Source: Macrostomum lignano (lineage: Eukaryota). Taken from it: a DNA stretch of 64,000 nt. The notes beneath the pieces are model-generated. The model searched no databases. It had not been told where the DNA came from and was given only the letters and a program-made list of their open reading frames with translations. The position numbers and the translations under genes are program-made. Of this stretch, positions 26,578-39,264 are shown piece by piece (the first letter of the stretch is position 1; each line of letters begins with the position of its first letter). The stretch covers positions 1-64,000 of the forward strand of contig NIVC01003443.1 of the NCBI GenBank assembly GCA_002269645.1. The letters run 5' to 3'.

Positions 26578-28020
26578 GTTCCCACAGGGTCGTAAAAAGA
26601 TGACAGGTGCGGCCATAAATCACTCAAAATCGCAACAAAATGATTTATGACTTTTCGCGTAGGATTGACAGAAATTAATGAAAAAATATACATTAGAAAG
26701 CTCTTATTAAATAGAAAGTGAAGGTAATTAAGAGAAATTGCTAATCGCTAATCCCAAAGTACTTTTAGGGGTAAAACGCATAGCTGTCAAAGCTGTCACA
26801 CGCTTGAGTGAATCCGAACAATAGGCTCTGACCTCATAAATCTTGATGGCCTGTCAAAATGATGAGAAAAAAGCTACCGCCCGCATCCTCTCAGACCATC
26901 TGGCGCCCGTCTCAACACTGAGTGAGGCGCAGGTGGCTGTCAGACCAGCTTCGAAAGCGATGATTTATGACCCAAAAAGCAATGCCTATGTTATTATGAC
27001 TACTAGTATGGCCAGACATTATATCTAGTATAGATTCTATGACAATTTGCAGAAAAAGGATAAAAATGCCCATTGCCCACTGTTAGTAGGCTAGTAAGTT
27101 TAGAGCCCCTGTGCTAGCGCGGGATTTGGGAAAAAGTGCGTCCTCATCATAAAAGTCATCAATCAAAGTCAATCTTTTTTCTTTCTACTTCCTTCTATTC
27201 TGTCCGCTGCTCATTTTAAAGCGACCGCTTTTAGACAAAACAAACAACTGTTTTCATATCTATTTATTGAAGAGATAGTGCACGGCTTGAGATTACTGCA
27301 AGATCAAGTCGTGCATCTGTCACATTACCGACTGGTATAGCCAACTGTGGAGAAGAATTCATATTTACCATAGACGAATATCAATTAGCGTGCAATAATG
27401 CGCGATTGTCTGCACACTGATTGATCTGCCAAGTAGTTTTGTTCAAAGTATTTTAACGTCTATGGTAAAAACCATGATTATCTGTATTCACTTGTTGGCT
27501 CTACCATTCGGCAATGGTAGATCATATAGTATGTAACATAACATACTATAAAATTGCATTGTATATATAGCATACTAGTAGCCAATTATAGTCATTTTAT
27601 CTGAGTTAAGCAATGACAAAAATTGTGCCTAACTCTGCCTACAAGATCGGTCATTACTTAATGCTACTAAAATTAAGCACCCAGTCGACCATAGACAAAC
27701 TTAAAGGCCTTGGTGCAGTGGGCCATAGACAAAGATTTAGGCCTTGACGCGACTGAGAAGTGCCTTTCCATTCCAGCATCTGTTACAAAAAGCGATAGAC
27801 GGGAAAGAAATTTTACAGCAACAAAATATCAATTTCACTTAGCCAACAACTAAGCAGTTTCTACCGATCGAGGAAGCAGATCTGTGAAAAGTCAAGGCGT
27901 ACTTTGATAAAACACAGCCGAGACGCTTACAGGACGAGGTGCATGGTATTCACCATTCTCTATATTCTACGTGAGAGAGGACAAGAAGACCTTAAAAAAG
28001 TGAAGCAGCAGGACGCATTG

Positions 28021-28755
28021 TTCCCTTTTGTCTATGGTTTCCGGCATTCATACTTGCGGTAACAATTTAATTGTTTGTCGGCTTTTTTCGATTGTTGCCG
28101 GATTTCAGACGAATGTATTTGGCTATCAAAACAAGGAACAACAATAGCAACACGGCGAAAGTGTTTCATAGTCACAAAAAGTTCTTAAGAACAAACCGAT
28201 CGAATCAATTGTTTTACTTTCCGTAAAAGTTGAATGTGCAGTTGTGGAACTAACCACCACAGAGGCTTCTCGGCAGGTCTTGGCCGCCCTCGGGTGCTTT
28301 CATCAGCTCGCCTCTTTTCCAGATCTTCGCTACCTAGCTCAGGCAGCCCGTTGGAACTGGACGACGCATCCAGGTTGTCCATCTCCAGAACGTAGCGCGT
28401 GCTCGACTCTCGGGTGACAAAAGCCAACTCGTCCGTGGAGAGTCCACATATTTCTCCGCCAGGAATGTTTGCGTAGCGAATCATAGCTACTTTTCCTATT
28501 TGCACTCCGAATAGGAGAATTAATTCAAGCTCAAAATCAACTTGAGAATTAACTCATGGCAGCCAGGCTAGCTGTCTTCACTGTCCTTTAAATTTGCCAT
28601 AAACGATTAATTATCTCTACAACCCTTTCATTTAGAGAGCAACTAAATTTGCCATAGACGATTGATTATCTCTACAACCCTTTCAAAGCGCATTCCGGCA
28701 ACAATCGCATTTCATACTCAGCATCCGCACTATGTCTGGGCCATAGACAAGGGAA
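28021..28755 (-). mobile_element. Insert bounded by inverted TTCCCTT(TT)GTCTATGG / CCATAGACAAGGGAA, carrying a Crypton-like N-terminus (copy G)
   Basis: MIRYANIPGGEICGLSTDELAFV resembles MINWKLLPVDSLDGVTASEMALI (34000) and INYQHLPVDSLNGFTREELDLV (36930). Contains a ~40-bp internal duplication near 28572-28685. Confidence 0.55.
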
Positions 28756-28780
28756 GTCAAAAGGGTACAATAATGACATG

Positions 28781-28869
28781 TACCGATTTTTTTCGGCAGC
28801 AATTGCTCTACTAAGCTTCAGCCGCTACGCGGCTTTAGCTTACGCAATTGCTGCCGAAAAAAATCGGTA
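28781..28869. mobile_element. ~89-bp hairpin MITE (Tc1/pogo-like ends)
   Basis: Perfect 26-bp inverted repeat TACCGATTTTTTTCGGCAGCAATTGC including terminal TA. Confidence 0.8.
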
Positions 28870-28897
28870 TATATCGTTACATTGCTTGCTGGTATCG

Positions 28898-31390
28898 CAG
28901 GGACAACTAAAACCCTCGGGACGCGAAACGAGCCAATTCATGGCAAAAAATCTGAGGGGCTCGCTTAAAAGTATTGTTGTTCTATGGCTTTTTCAAGTCT
29001 TCTCTGCTATCAAGCAAATTAAAATTGCTTTAGCTGCGGCCAGCAGTGAAGCTAAGCTGAACTATATCAAGAGAAGCATTTTTTATTCACTTGATGAAAT
29101 GCCAAGAAAGTGCTGCGTATTTCCGTGCTCGTCAAATTACAACTCTGAAGCCGTTCGAACACGGATATTTGCGTTTCCCAGAGATCCACAGGAGCGCGAG
29201 CGATGGAGAAAGGCACTGCCAAATATTCTCCAGGTAAGAAACCAGATCATTTGCTGTCATTTCTGCTGCATTATTCCGCTTCAATTCTGCATGCCAGTCT
29301 CGTCCAAACAACTTGAAACCCAAAATTTATTATTTTAGAGAGTGACTGACAATATTATGGGTGTGTGCGTAAAGCATTGGCCAAGCGATGCTCCAATGGT
29401 CAAGAAAAACACTACCGAAAGGCCAATTAATCCTCCTTCTGTTTTTAATGGAGTTCCTAGCTCGTGTTTTGTTCAGAACCAAGGTAAGTAACTTAAAGAT
29501 TGCTCAACACTTAGCGTCTATATCGATTTTGCCGCTCACAATTATCTTACTTTTATTTTTACTCTTATTTTAGACCAGGACCGACAGGCCGAAAAGCGCG
29601 GTGTTCTTTCTGACGCGAGGTGCAGCGACATCGATGAGATGGACGCTTTTCAGCTGCTTGATTTTTTTCCGGCATGGGAAAGTTGTCGAGCTGAGGTGAA
29701 AAATTCGGATGTCGTATCTCGACATGCACTGAACACAGCTATTCTGAACGAAGACGTTTACTTGTTTACGTTAGATAAAGATGGAGACCTGTTTGTTCGA
29801 ATTTTTGTCTCACCCAACTTTCTGATTCGTGCATTCAAACTGCATACACCGACTTCGGTTCGAGACTTGTTGGGATTTCAACCGACACTCAAGCGCTGGT
29901 CGCCACTGGATGCTGTTGTCGTGCGGTGCAAAAATTCCGACGCCAATCCCCAACGTGAAGTCGAAGCGTTTATTAGTAGAATCAGTGATGATATAGATTC
30001 TGACTCTGATTTGGATCCGTCGCTTTAGTTTTTGATTCGACAACTTAGCCTTACATTAGTAAATCGGAACAATCGCCGCTATGACATTTCACTAGTGCGA
30101 CAGTCAGCATTGCTCTACTTGATCAGTAGTTCGGCTTACTCTTACCTACGGAAGCTATTGCCATTGCCTCATTCCCGAACGCTGCAGCTGCAACTAGCAG
30201 GTACAGGAGAAGTTGGCACAGAAACCGACGCAGCCAATGTGAATGTCAGTTTTTGCTAGTCTATCAGGAGCTCAGCGAAACTTTCACAGTGATCCACTTG
30301 AGGCTGAGTTTGGCGTGTATCGCCAAATGAGCGGCGGCAACTACTATGTATCTGTGGAGCAAGTGCTGCTCAGTGCTCGACTCCGACAAATGAAATTATT
30401 CGCATCCCTTGAATTAGCTGACTACAAGCACGATCGGAGCAAATGTTGCAATGAACAGCTGAATGAAATTGAACTGGCGACCATTGATAATTGTGCTGCT
30501 AAATCAGAGGAGCTTTCCATTTCGGAGATGGCTTCGCTCTACTATATCGCAGGTAAGCTGGATATTAATTAAAATTTAATTCACAACGAGGTTTTACACA
30601 ATCTCATAAAAACAATTCAAACCGTGCTTTATTGGAAATTGACAGGTTATACAGCGACTAAAGAAGGCATCAAAGGAACAGATTTGATATCAGAGACGAG
30701 CATTCCAGCCAGCGAATTCACTGAAGAGTTATCTCGCGGAAAGCTTTGTCATCCTCCACAATGGCTGTTAGACTTATCCTGTCTCTGCTACAGCAGTTTT
30801 ATTCTGCACTCTCCTACGTGCGCAACTCGCGTGCAGAAGCTGTTTTATGTTATTAAGGACTTTTACTTTCCAACTAAGACACAGTTCAGCATGGACAGTG
30901 TGTCCCGTCGGCTAGCCAACGTTTTTTTCAAAGGACTAGTAAGACGCTCGTCAAAACTCCCACCAATACCGACGACATCCCATGATAGAAAGCTTCGGAA
31001 GTTAGATGCTCAGTAGGTGAAGTTCCAGCGTTTCCTTTATGTACGAGCTACTGACTGTTTGTGTCGTCTTGTCCTTGGAGTTCCGTATTTGCTTCTATCT
31101 TCTTGCCGTTGGAGTTTCATCTTCGCTTTCATCCTTTATCTTCTTGCCGTTGGAGTTTTTTTGTTGATATGGCGGTTACTTTATTGTAAATACATTGTAA
31201 TTAGATCACTGGTTCCTATTCTTTAAATTAAATACTCGACATTGCCTCGCTTTACTATTTAATCTAACCGTTAATGCCTGATAGCAGAGAAGACTTGAAA
31301 AAGCCATAGAACAATACTTTTAAGCGAGCCCCTCAGATTTTTTGCCATGAATTGGCTCGTTTCGCGTCCCGAGGGTTTTAGTTGTCCCTG
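28898..31390 (+). mobile_element. P-superfamily (THAP) DNA transposon, internally deleted (2493 bp)
   Basis: ~120-bp TIRs CAGGGACAACTAAAACCCTCGG...; 8-bp TSD TGGTATCG/CGGTATCG. Spliced THAP MPRKCCVFPC...W...VCVKHW...PSVF; RRY..LLYLISSSAYSYLRKLLPLP; HSDPLEAEFGVYRQMSGGNY. Catalytic middle missing near 30240. Confidence 0.9.
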
Positions 31391-32263
31391 CGGTATCGAC
31401 TCCGACGGACAAGAGTACTGTGAACTACCACCACTACCAACTAAGAACCAATCGAGTGACCCAGTCAAGTGCAAAGACGACAGAACGAAGCAGGCGCGCA
31501 TCTACCGAGAGCATTGTCAACTGACTGCTCTGTATGAGAGGTCTTTACCTACATGGGTGAAAAACGGCTGCTTTTTTCCGAAGCCTCTTTTGAACGATTC
31601 AGAAGGCTGGTTCTGTTTTCTACGAATCAAGCACGCGGAGTTTTTTGTTTATTGTTTTTTTATGTTTTAAAGTTCACTAGTTATGTAATGAATAATATGA
31701 AAATAAATTGTCTATGGTCGAAATGTATTTTCAGCGTTAAACAATAGGAAAATGGTGCGTGTCATTATAACACTCTTGCGTATATGTACAATGGAGAGAA
31801 ACTGCCGTTGAGTTGCTCTGTTGGCTAGTCAATATCTGGTAAAGCGCTATGGTAAAGCGGCTCTGCATGGTAAAGCAGGTTTAGAAGAGATTCATTTTCT
31901 GCATGCGTGCATGGTAAAGCAGTATTCAAGTTGTCGAGTTCGTGTTATAGACAAAACATATTAATAGCACTGCGCCGCAGGGACGCCTAGCACTTTTTTC
32001 TAATATATATATGGAAATAGGAATTTATATTTATAGGAAATATATATGGCTCTCTATATATATATGGCTCTCTCTTCTACTGCTTGGTCAATCAAAAGGG
32101 TCTTTTAGCCATAGACAACAAAATTAACAGCGGTGCCCAGTCAATATACGAGTATGAGTATATAGTAGGAGAAAGGAAACCAAGACAACGCTTTAGTCGC
32201 TGCTTTCTCTGTTTCAGTTCTTTCAGTGCACTTTCCTATTAAAAAATTAATATTTGGTGTGAC

Positions 32264-33013
32264 ATGGACAACTACGATGCCGAAGATACCGAAGACGTCG
32301 ATGACTTGATCAAGGCGTGTGAGGAAGCCGAGCGGCAGGCAGCTCTGGAGGAGCAGCTAAGCTGTGAGGTTGCCAGCGAGCATGCTGCGGCTGCCGTCAA
32401 TCTTTTCGAAGACGACGAGATTGACGCTGACGATCTGATTGCCGCTGCCGAAGCAGCCGAAGCTGCCGAAGCTGCCGAAGCTGCTGCTGCCAAAGCTGCC
32501 AAAGCTGCTGCTGAATTTCCCGAGCGGCAGAAGCAGCACCATCAAAAGCAGCAGCAGCAGCAGAAAAGAGCATCTTTGCTAGTGACCGACTCGCAGCGAC
32601 CCGGCTCTATTGGCCCGGCGGCGGCCGACGACGACAATGATGTTATGATCACTGCGAGCGTGGTCCCGGACAGTGACGAAGAGACACCGGGCCAGCCGAT
32701 TAGCAGCTGCAGAATTAAACGAGAACTATTCGGCGACGACGACGACGACTTCCAACGCCGATTGTCGTCACCACGGACACCGCCGGTGGCCAAACGCGCC
32801 CGCGAGCAGCAGCTGGCACTGCCATCGTCGCCGCTCAATGTTGTCATATCACAAAAGCCGGCCCTGGAGCGTCAACCGCGGATCTGGACGCCCCCAACTA
32901 AGAATTCGGCGACGAATTGGACGCCACCGATGATGTCGTCGCATGCTAGGTCGTCTTTCTTCCTGTTTCTGCTACCTTGCCAGTTTGCAGTTTCGTCTTT
33001 TCTGTACTGTTGA
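32264..33013 (+). CDS. Acidic, Ala/Gln-rich low-complexity ORF (249 aa), unknown
   Basis: GC-rich open frame with ATG in AT-rich surroundings; SP/TP motifs; flanked by CCATAGAC (32109) and GTCTATGG (33552). The C-terminus may be frameshifted. Confidence 0.55.
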   Translation: MDNYDAEDTEDVDDLIKACEEAERQAALEEQLSCEVASEHAAAAVNLFEDDEIDADDLIAAAEAAEAAEAAEAAAAKAAKAAAEFPERQKQHHQKQQQQQKRASLLVTDSQRPGSIGPAAADDDNDVMITASVVPDSDEETPGQPISSCRIKRELFGDDDDDFQRRLSSPRTPPVAKRAREQQLALPSSPLNVVISQKPALERQPRIWTPPTKNSATNWTPPMMSSHARSSFFLFLLPCQFAVSSFLYC

Positions 33014-33999
33014 CAAGTATTTTGAGGTGTTTCAAGTCCGAATTGTTCAACTTATTGATGTCTTAAATGTAAGGGACTATGTTACTGCCTATTCTGCGCA
33101 AAAATAAGCATCTTACGATCAATAGCGTACACAGGAGATACATGAAAAAATCGGCCATCAATGAAATTTTCACCAATTCTGAGTCTTGCGTCCTTCTACT
33201 TACTAGTAAGTAGTCCTTGAGTCAAGAATGTACACTGTAGAATATTGTGCATATGGTTGAAAACTTCATTTCCGATCGATTTCATTTTAGTCACTGATAA
33301 GAATGTTTCTTATAATTTGCATTTACACTACCGTCCTAAGAGTAGTATCATTTTTGGTCCCCACAGCGAGATAGGGAGTGACCTATCTACACTTATATAG
33401 TATCTGTGTCTGCGACTAACGAGACGTCGGTAGCCATAGTCGAACCATGTGATGATAAGGATTCTACGGGGAACTCAATGTCTATCTCCGGTGTTGTGTA
33501 GTGATTTAATATTTTAAGTACTTTTGTTGCTGAGACAATATATGAACTAATGTCTATGGGCCGAATCTTTTCGCAATAAAAATACAGGGACTCTGTCTCG
33601 GCGTTAGACCGCTCAAGACGCGGCTGAGCTGAGCTACGCTCGCAAATAAAAACAACATTGTTAATCCAATAGATATAACATCCGGTACCTCCGTGGGCTC
33701 AAAACGTAAGGCAGTCGAAACAGCGACTTTAATACGAGTACCAAACGTCAATTGAGCATCGAATTCTCGTGTTCAATCTAGTGATTAAACGCGTTAAGAT
33801 GTAACAGTATTTGGCCTTCAAATATTACTTTGCTATTTGTGCGGTAATTTTAAGGTGCATTATTGCACACTGATTGCAAGTTGTCTATTTACCATAGATA
33901 TATTCAAATGATAGAGCCTAGAGTTCAGTAAAAGACTTAGACTTAAAAAAGATTTACTGTTAAGAAAATAGAATGATAAGATTAAGGTTATTTGGTTAA

Positions 34000-35571
34000 A
34001 TGATCAACTGGAAATTATTGCCTGTTGATTCTCTCGATGGTGTAACCGCAAGCGAAATGGCGCTGATAAGCAAGTTGAGCCATGAAGACCACAGCGAGGA
34101 TAAAGAACTGGAACGATTTGTTAAGATTATCAGCGACTTTAGCAACAATGAGGAAAACATCGCGGGAGTAGAGCTGCCAGATCTTCCGCTGTCTGAGAAA
34201 TCGAGCGCCTCGACAGACGGTGCCAGCGCCTCGACAGACGGTGCAAGCGCCTCGACAGACGGTGCCAGCGTGAATGTCATTGACAAGTGGAGTTGGATTC
34301 TCTGATCCCTAGAACTACGCTTGATCAAATGCTACAGCATGGAGAGAAGTTTGCGAGCTACATGAACTCCCTGGGCTATCCTCTGGATCTTCTACGAACG
34401 GTGGAGCTGGAGAAGCTTAAGGAGCACCTACGTCTTTACTATTTTCGGTTGGCCAAGGCCAATGGCAAACTGCATTCAGCATCAAGCCTCGTCTGCACCA
34501 GGGCCGCCATCCAGCGTTTTCAACTACATCATGAAGCAAGAAATAAACATCACGGATGCGCCTGTATTTGCCAGCTTGAATCGTATGCTGCGAATGAAAG
34601 TCCGCGATCTTCAAGCTTCAGGCGGAAGTGTGAAGCACTTCGAGCCTATAGAAACCACTGACCTCTTTAAGATTTTCAACTACTTCAATCGGCAGACTGC
34701 CGAACGTCTACAGGACGAGGTAGTGTTTGTGCTGATATACGTTCTTGGCGAAAGAGGCCAGGAAAATCTCAAGCAGTTGCGCCGAAGGGATTGCTCCTTG
34801 AAAAAACGGACAGTGAAGGTACGTCTGATGAAGAATTGCCTTTTTGGGGGTGTAATTGCATACAGATTAGTGTGACGGAATAATCAGATAATTCAAGCGA
34901 CTCGTACATTTAGTTTTTACACATTTATTAATTTTTAAACAGGCAGGCCCTACTTTGAACTGCCCCTGTTTCCGACGAAGAACCAAAGCGCTGATCCTAC
35001 GAAAGCCAAGCGTTTCAATCCCAAGCAAGCTCGAGTATACGGGAAACAGTACGATCTTCTTCCACTGTATAGATCGGCCCTTCCGTCTAGGACAAAGGAC
35101 GATTCCATGTTTCCACGACCAATGGCTAGTATTGCCTCGCGTTATCAATTCTCAAGCAAGCAAGTTCGGGGCTTTAATTGGCTAAGCACGTTTATGTAGC
35201 GGCTCAGCAAGCTGTGCAGTCTCAGTAAGGTTTATACAAACCATTGAATCCGCGTGACTCGCATCGCTGATCTAAGCGATGCAGGTCACAGTGTCGCTGA
35301 CAGCATGTGGATCACCGGCCAACAGACGGAGTCGACCGTGCGGCGATACCTTTCTAGACAGCGTGACGGCGCCATTTACAGCATGGCGACTACTGTGGGT
35401 GCTACTCTAGAGCTGCAAGCTGCAAACGTCAACGTGGGTACGAGTGTTTCCACCTCAAACGAGAGCGTCATCAGCCATGAAACGGCAACTGTGCGTGAAA
35501 ACACCCATTCGTCACTATTTTCCAAATGCCACTTTGAGAACTGCACCATCAATTTCAATAAGTGGAAGTGA
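34000..35571 (+). mobile_element. Near-full-length Crypton-like tyrosine recombinase pseudogene (copy H) with an intron
   Basis: ORFs 34000, 34287, 34462 and 35254. Motifs YVLGERGQE; intron 34819-34942 (GT..AG) restores EKTDSE/GRPYFELPLFPTKN; YTNH*IRVT; ITGQQTESTVRRY; tail KCHFENCTINF. Confidence 0.9.
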
Positions 35572-36055
35572 GAAAAGTCTAAAGTGGAAAAACCGTGCGT
35601 ACCACTAACAGTAAATCTAGTTGAACGATATTCCTTGTTTCGATTTTCAATCTCCTAAACACACTGTTTGCCTTGTTCGTGTTTTACGTGGATTTGTCGC
35701 GTTGAAGTTAGAGAGCACTGAAATAAATAAATCAGACCATTAGTCTATGGTCAAAGCATATTGAACGTGTGACAATCAGAAGCATTTCCAGTAGGCTTTG
35801 TCTATGTGACAATGTATAAATAAATAGCGGCCCCAGTGCGTGACAACGATTGTTTTGCGAGCGCCGGTAGATTCCTTCTGAAATAGGAATCAATAAAACG
35901 TAGTAGAACATTGGCTCATTTTGATGTCTATGGTAGCAATTAAAGCTAAAAGTCGTTGTCACGCACTGTAAAAAAAGCTACAACTTAAAAGCTATACTTA
36001 AGCGAGAACGTTTCATTTCACAAAGCAGAGCAGAGCGGAGAGAGCCAAACTATAA

Positions 36056-38467
36056 ATGGAGGCACCACAGGTTGTGCACTTAATAAATCAGTGTTGGGCA
36101 AGTTACTCAAAAAAAGTAACTTGCGTTACTGTAACTTAAGTTACCAATTTTTAAAAAGTAACTTACGTTAGCCTAGTAACTTTAGACAAAAACCCGGTAA
36201 CTTTTAAGTTACTGTCCGTTACTCACTTCCGTTACCCATGTTATTAACAAAATTTTCTGCTTTTTTCACATTGCACATTTTTTCACATTGTTGTTACCAA
36301 AATTTGCCATTGGGCATTGGGATTAACCGATTAACAGACAGAGACAGGAATTGGCGACACGATGTGAGGCAAGTAGAAGGACCAATGGGCAATGGCAATT
36401 AATAATTAAAATTATAAATGATAAAATAAACGAATATCAATAATTTAATAGAGTAAAATAAATAGAACTGTATAAAATGGTGTAGTGTACTGCAGTGCCA
36501 GCGGAGGGACTTGTGGAGGCTACAGATGAATTTCTTTCTTTGGTTGTTTGTTTGAATCAAACTTGAAAATTTTTAGTAACTTGAAAATGAAAGGCGAAAA
36601 TATTTTACCGAAATTAACAAAGTATAACATGTTTCAAGTTTTTCTTCATTACTTAAGCGCAATACCATATGATCTATTCACTTAATTTTGAATTTAGGAA
36701 TGAAAAATGCAAAAACATGTGATAACCGGCGTAATAGCTAAGCATTTCAGTTTTAAATTTAAATATTGCGATCGTTGCAAAGTAACTGTAACGGACTTCC
36801 GAAATTTGAGTAACTTACCGTTACTCCGTTACTAAAATAAAAAAGTAACTTGCGTAAGGAACGCTTTACGAAAAAGTAACTTGCGTTACCATTTGCAAGT
36901 TACTCGGTAACGGAAGTGCCCAACACTGTAATAAATTATCAGCATCTTCCGGTTGACAGTCTCAATGGATTCACACGCGAAGAGTTGGATCTCGTTGCCG
37001 AGTTGTCCGGGATCGACTGCCGTAGGGACGAATTAGTGAGCGATTTTATCTCCTTCATTGAACGCTCTCTGGGCGAAGATGTGTCAGCTATTCCTATTCC
37101 CGACCTACCAGCCGATTTTGATCAAGAACTCAAAGAGCTAGACGACGCAGAAATTGCTGGTCTTCCTGCGAGTAGTCGTAAGCAGATGGTTGAGCATGGA
37201 GAAAGGCTGGTTGCATTCTTGAACAGCCGTAGTTTAAACGCCAATCTTGGTAACGTTAATGACGCCACTCTGAATCAATACCTGCGCATCTATTATTTTC
37301 AACTAAAGACAGGCCACGCTTATTCACCTTCTTCGCTAGTTCACCTTCTTCGCTGGAATACAACGATACTTGAATATTGTAGTGAAACGCAGGACCAACT
37401 TAGTTGCTAGCGGAACTCTTTTCGACGGTTCCAATCGCATGTTACAGTACAAAGTCCGAGAATACATTCAGTCTGGACAATCTACACAGAGCTTCGATCC
37501 AATTGAAGAAGGCGATTTGTTGACGCTTCGGGCTTTTTTCGATCGCAGTGACGCTGAGCGGCTACAATACAAAGTTATGTTTGAGTTGCTATACCAATTG
37601 GGCGAGCGTGGTCTGGAACATTTAAAGTACTTTCTGACGAAGAGCCTCTGATTCGCCGCGTCTACATAGGCAGATCCTACGCTTGTCTGCCTCTGCTACC
37701 GTCCAAGAACCGCCGAGCTGAACTGGACTCTGCTGCAGTAGCAGACGATAAACACGCAAGGATGTATGACACCAAACTTCTGGATTTGTACGAGGCATCA
37801 ATCTATATACTAAAAATGAACCTCGTTAGTTGACCGACTTTCCTACGAATTGTGAATCGTTTTTATCGCGGCTGATAAAGTCTACGTCGGAGAAAAAGTT
37901 TAATTTCTCAACGAATGCGCATCGCGGATACAGATTTCTGCAAGAATTTATGTCCAATCTGTCTGAGAAGGCCAAGCTAAGCAAACGATACACGAATCAC
38001 TGCATCAGGTAATCTTGAACTACGATAAAATAGTACTACAGAATAGTAATAGCAGGAGTAAGCAAAAATACGGTACTAAATATATTTGCATTCAAAAACG
38101 ATTTCTTTCCAGAGTGACGCGAATTTGTGACCTGGATTCTTGTGGTCAAAGTGTTCACGACATTATGCTAGTAACTGGGCACAAATCAGAGTCTACAGTG
38201 CGACGATATTTACACAAAAGACGCGACCGAAGTCTCTACAAATCTGCTCAATGTGTTCAAGCCGCTATCAAGCGTGAGATCAATGATCCAGTCGTTGGTT
38301 CCGGAGCCAGTGTATCGGCTGCTTCGGGGTCTAGTACCTCCGGATCTGTTTGTCAGTTGCGCTTGGGTACTAAGTCTGAGCACCTCCGATTGGAATCCTC
38401 GTCTGGGAAGCGGATGCGAATCCACGTTAATGGAGACGCCAACATCATCGACTTCCTCTTCGAATAA
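36056..38467 (+). mobile_element. Near-full-length Crypton-like tyrosine recombinase pseudogene (copy I) with an intron, interrupted by a hAT MITE
   Basis: Removing 36089-36928 plus one TSD restores MEAPQVVHLIN/YQHLPVD. Then LGERGLE, YTNHCIR, intron 38009-38112, VTR..LVTGHKSESTVRRY: complete R-H-R-H-Y set, but frameshifted. Confidence 0.9.
36089..36928. mobile_element. hAT-type MITE (840 bp)
   Basis: TIR CAGTGTTGGG(CA); exact 8-bp TSD TAATAAAT (36081-88, 36929-36); subterminal GTAACTTGCGTTAC repeats. Confidence 0.9.
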
Positions 38468-38842
38468 AGTTAATCGGCTGTAATTATTTCTTTTCATTTT
38501 ATTCATTATCAGTTCACCACGATATTAACATGCGTTTCCACTAGATTGCTTTTTGTTACACTTTAGAGTATGTATGTTTGAACCTATTGATCGTTCAACT
38601 ATTTAACTATTCCCCGTTTTCTTGCAAAAATATACGGTTTCGTCTCAGTTGGAAATACCTGCGCAGACAATGCATTGTTCTGCATAAAAACCTACATACA
38701 ATGATCGTCAAATTGCTAGACAATGCAATTTATTTTTCTGACTGCCACTGTGAGCTTAGTCTGTGGCCGGTACTGCCTGCGTTGAGTGATTTAGTGGGAG
38801 ATAGACTAATTCCTTTCTTATCATTGTACATATACGCAAGAG

Positions 38843-39264
38843 TATAGTATTTGTCATGCTATCTCAGCCTAGAGACATCCAAACTCAGCCAGCCCATCTC
38901 AACAGTGCGATTTTTTACGTAAGCCAGTCAAGTTTTACCATAGACATGCTTCTTAAGGCCATGCTATCTCAGCCTGGGACATGCAATCTCAGCCACTTTT
39001 CAGATTCTTACTGACTTTTCTTGCTGCGTTCATTCATTGCTGTTTGTTGCCATTTCATGTCACGTTACAGAAATGATAGCATTGAGATCTGTTTGCAATT
39101 GAAATCTATATTGGCTGAGATTGCATGTCCCAGGCAGAGATAGCATGGCCTTAAGAAGCATGTCTATGGTAAAACTCGACTAGCTCGAGCCAAAAAACGC
39201 ATTGCGGAATGGGGCTGGCTGAGTTTGGATGTCCCTAGGCTGAGATAGCATGACAAAAGCTATA
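38843..39264. mobile_element. Foldback/MITE with ~150-bp arms, each containing TTTTACCATAGAC
   Basis: Arms TTTGTCATGCTATCTCAGCC... are reverse complements; motif copies at 38938 and 39162. Confidence 0.85.

Larger units (their letters stand above)
27513..31770 (+). mobile_element. Non-autonomous Crypton-derived element (copy F), interrupted by three nested insertions
   Basis: 27513-28020, 28880-28897 and 31391-31770 are collinear and near-identical with the reverse complement of 39263-40171. Carries ILRERGQE and DSDGQEYCELPPLPTKNQ. CCATAGAC at 27689 and 27723, GTCTATGG at 31710. Confidence 0.85.

Noticed and set aside
28778-29338. 186-aa ORF as a single gene
   Set aside because: It runs across a MITE, the P-element TIR, THAP exon 1 and an intron, so it is chimeric.
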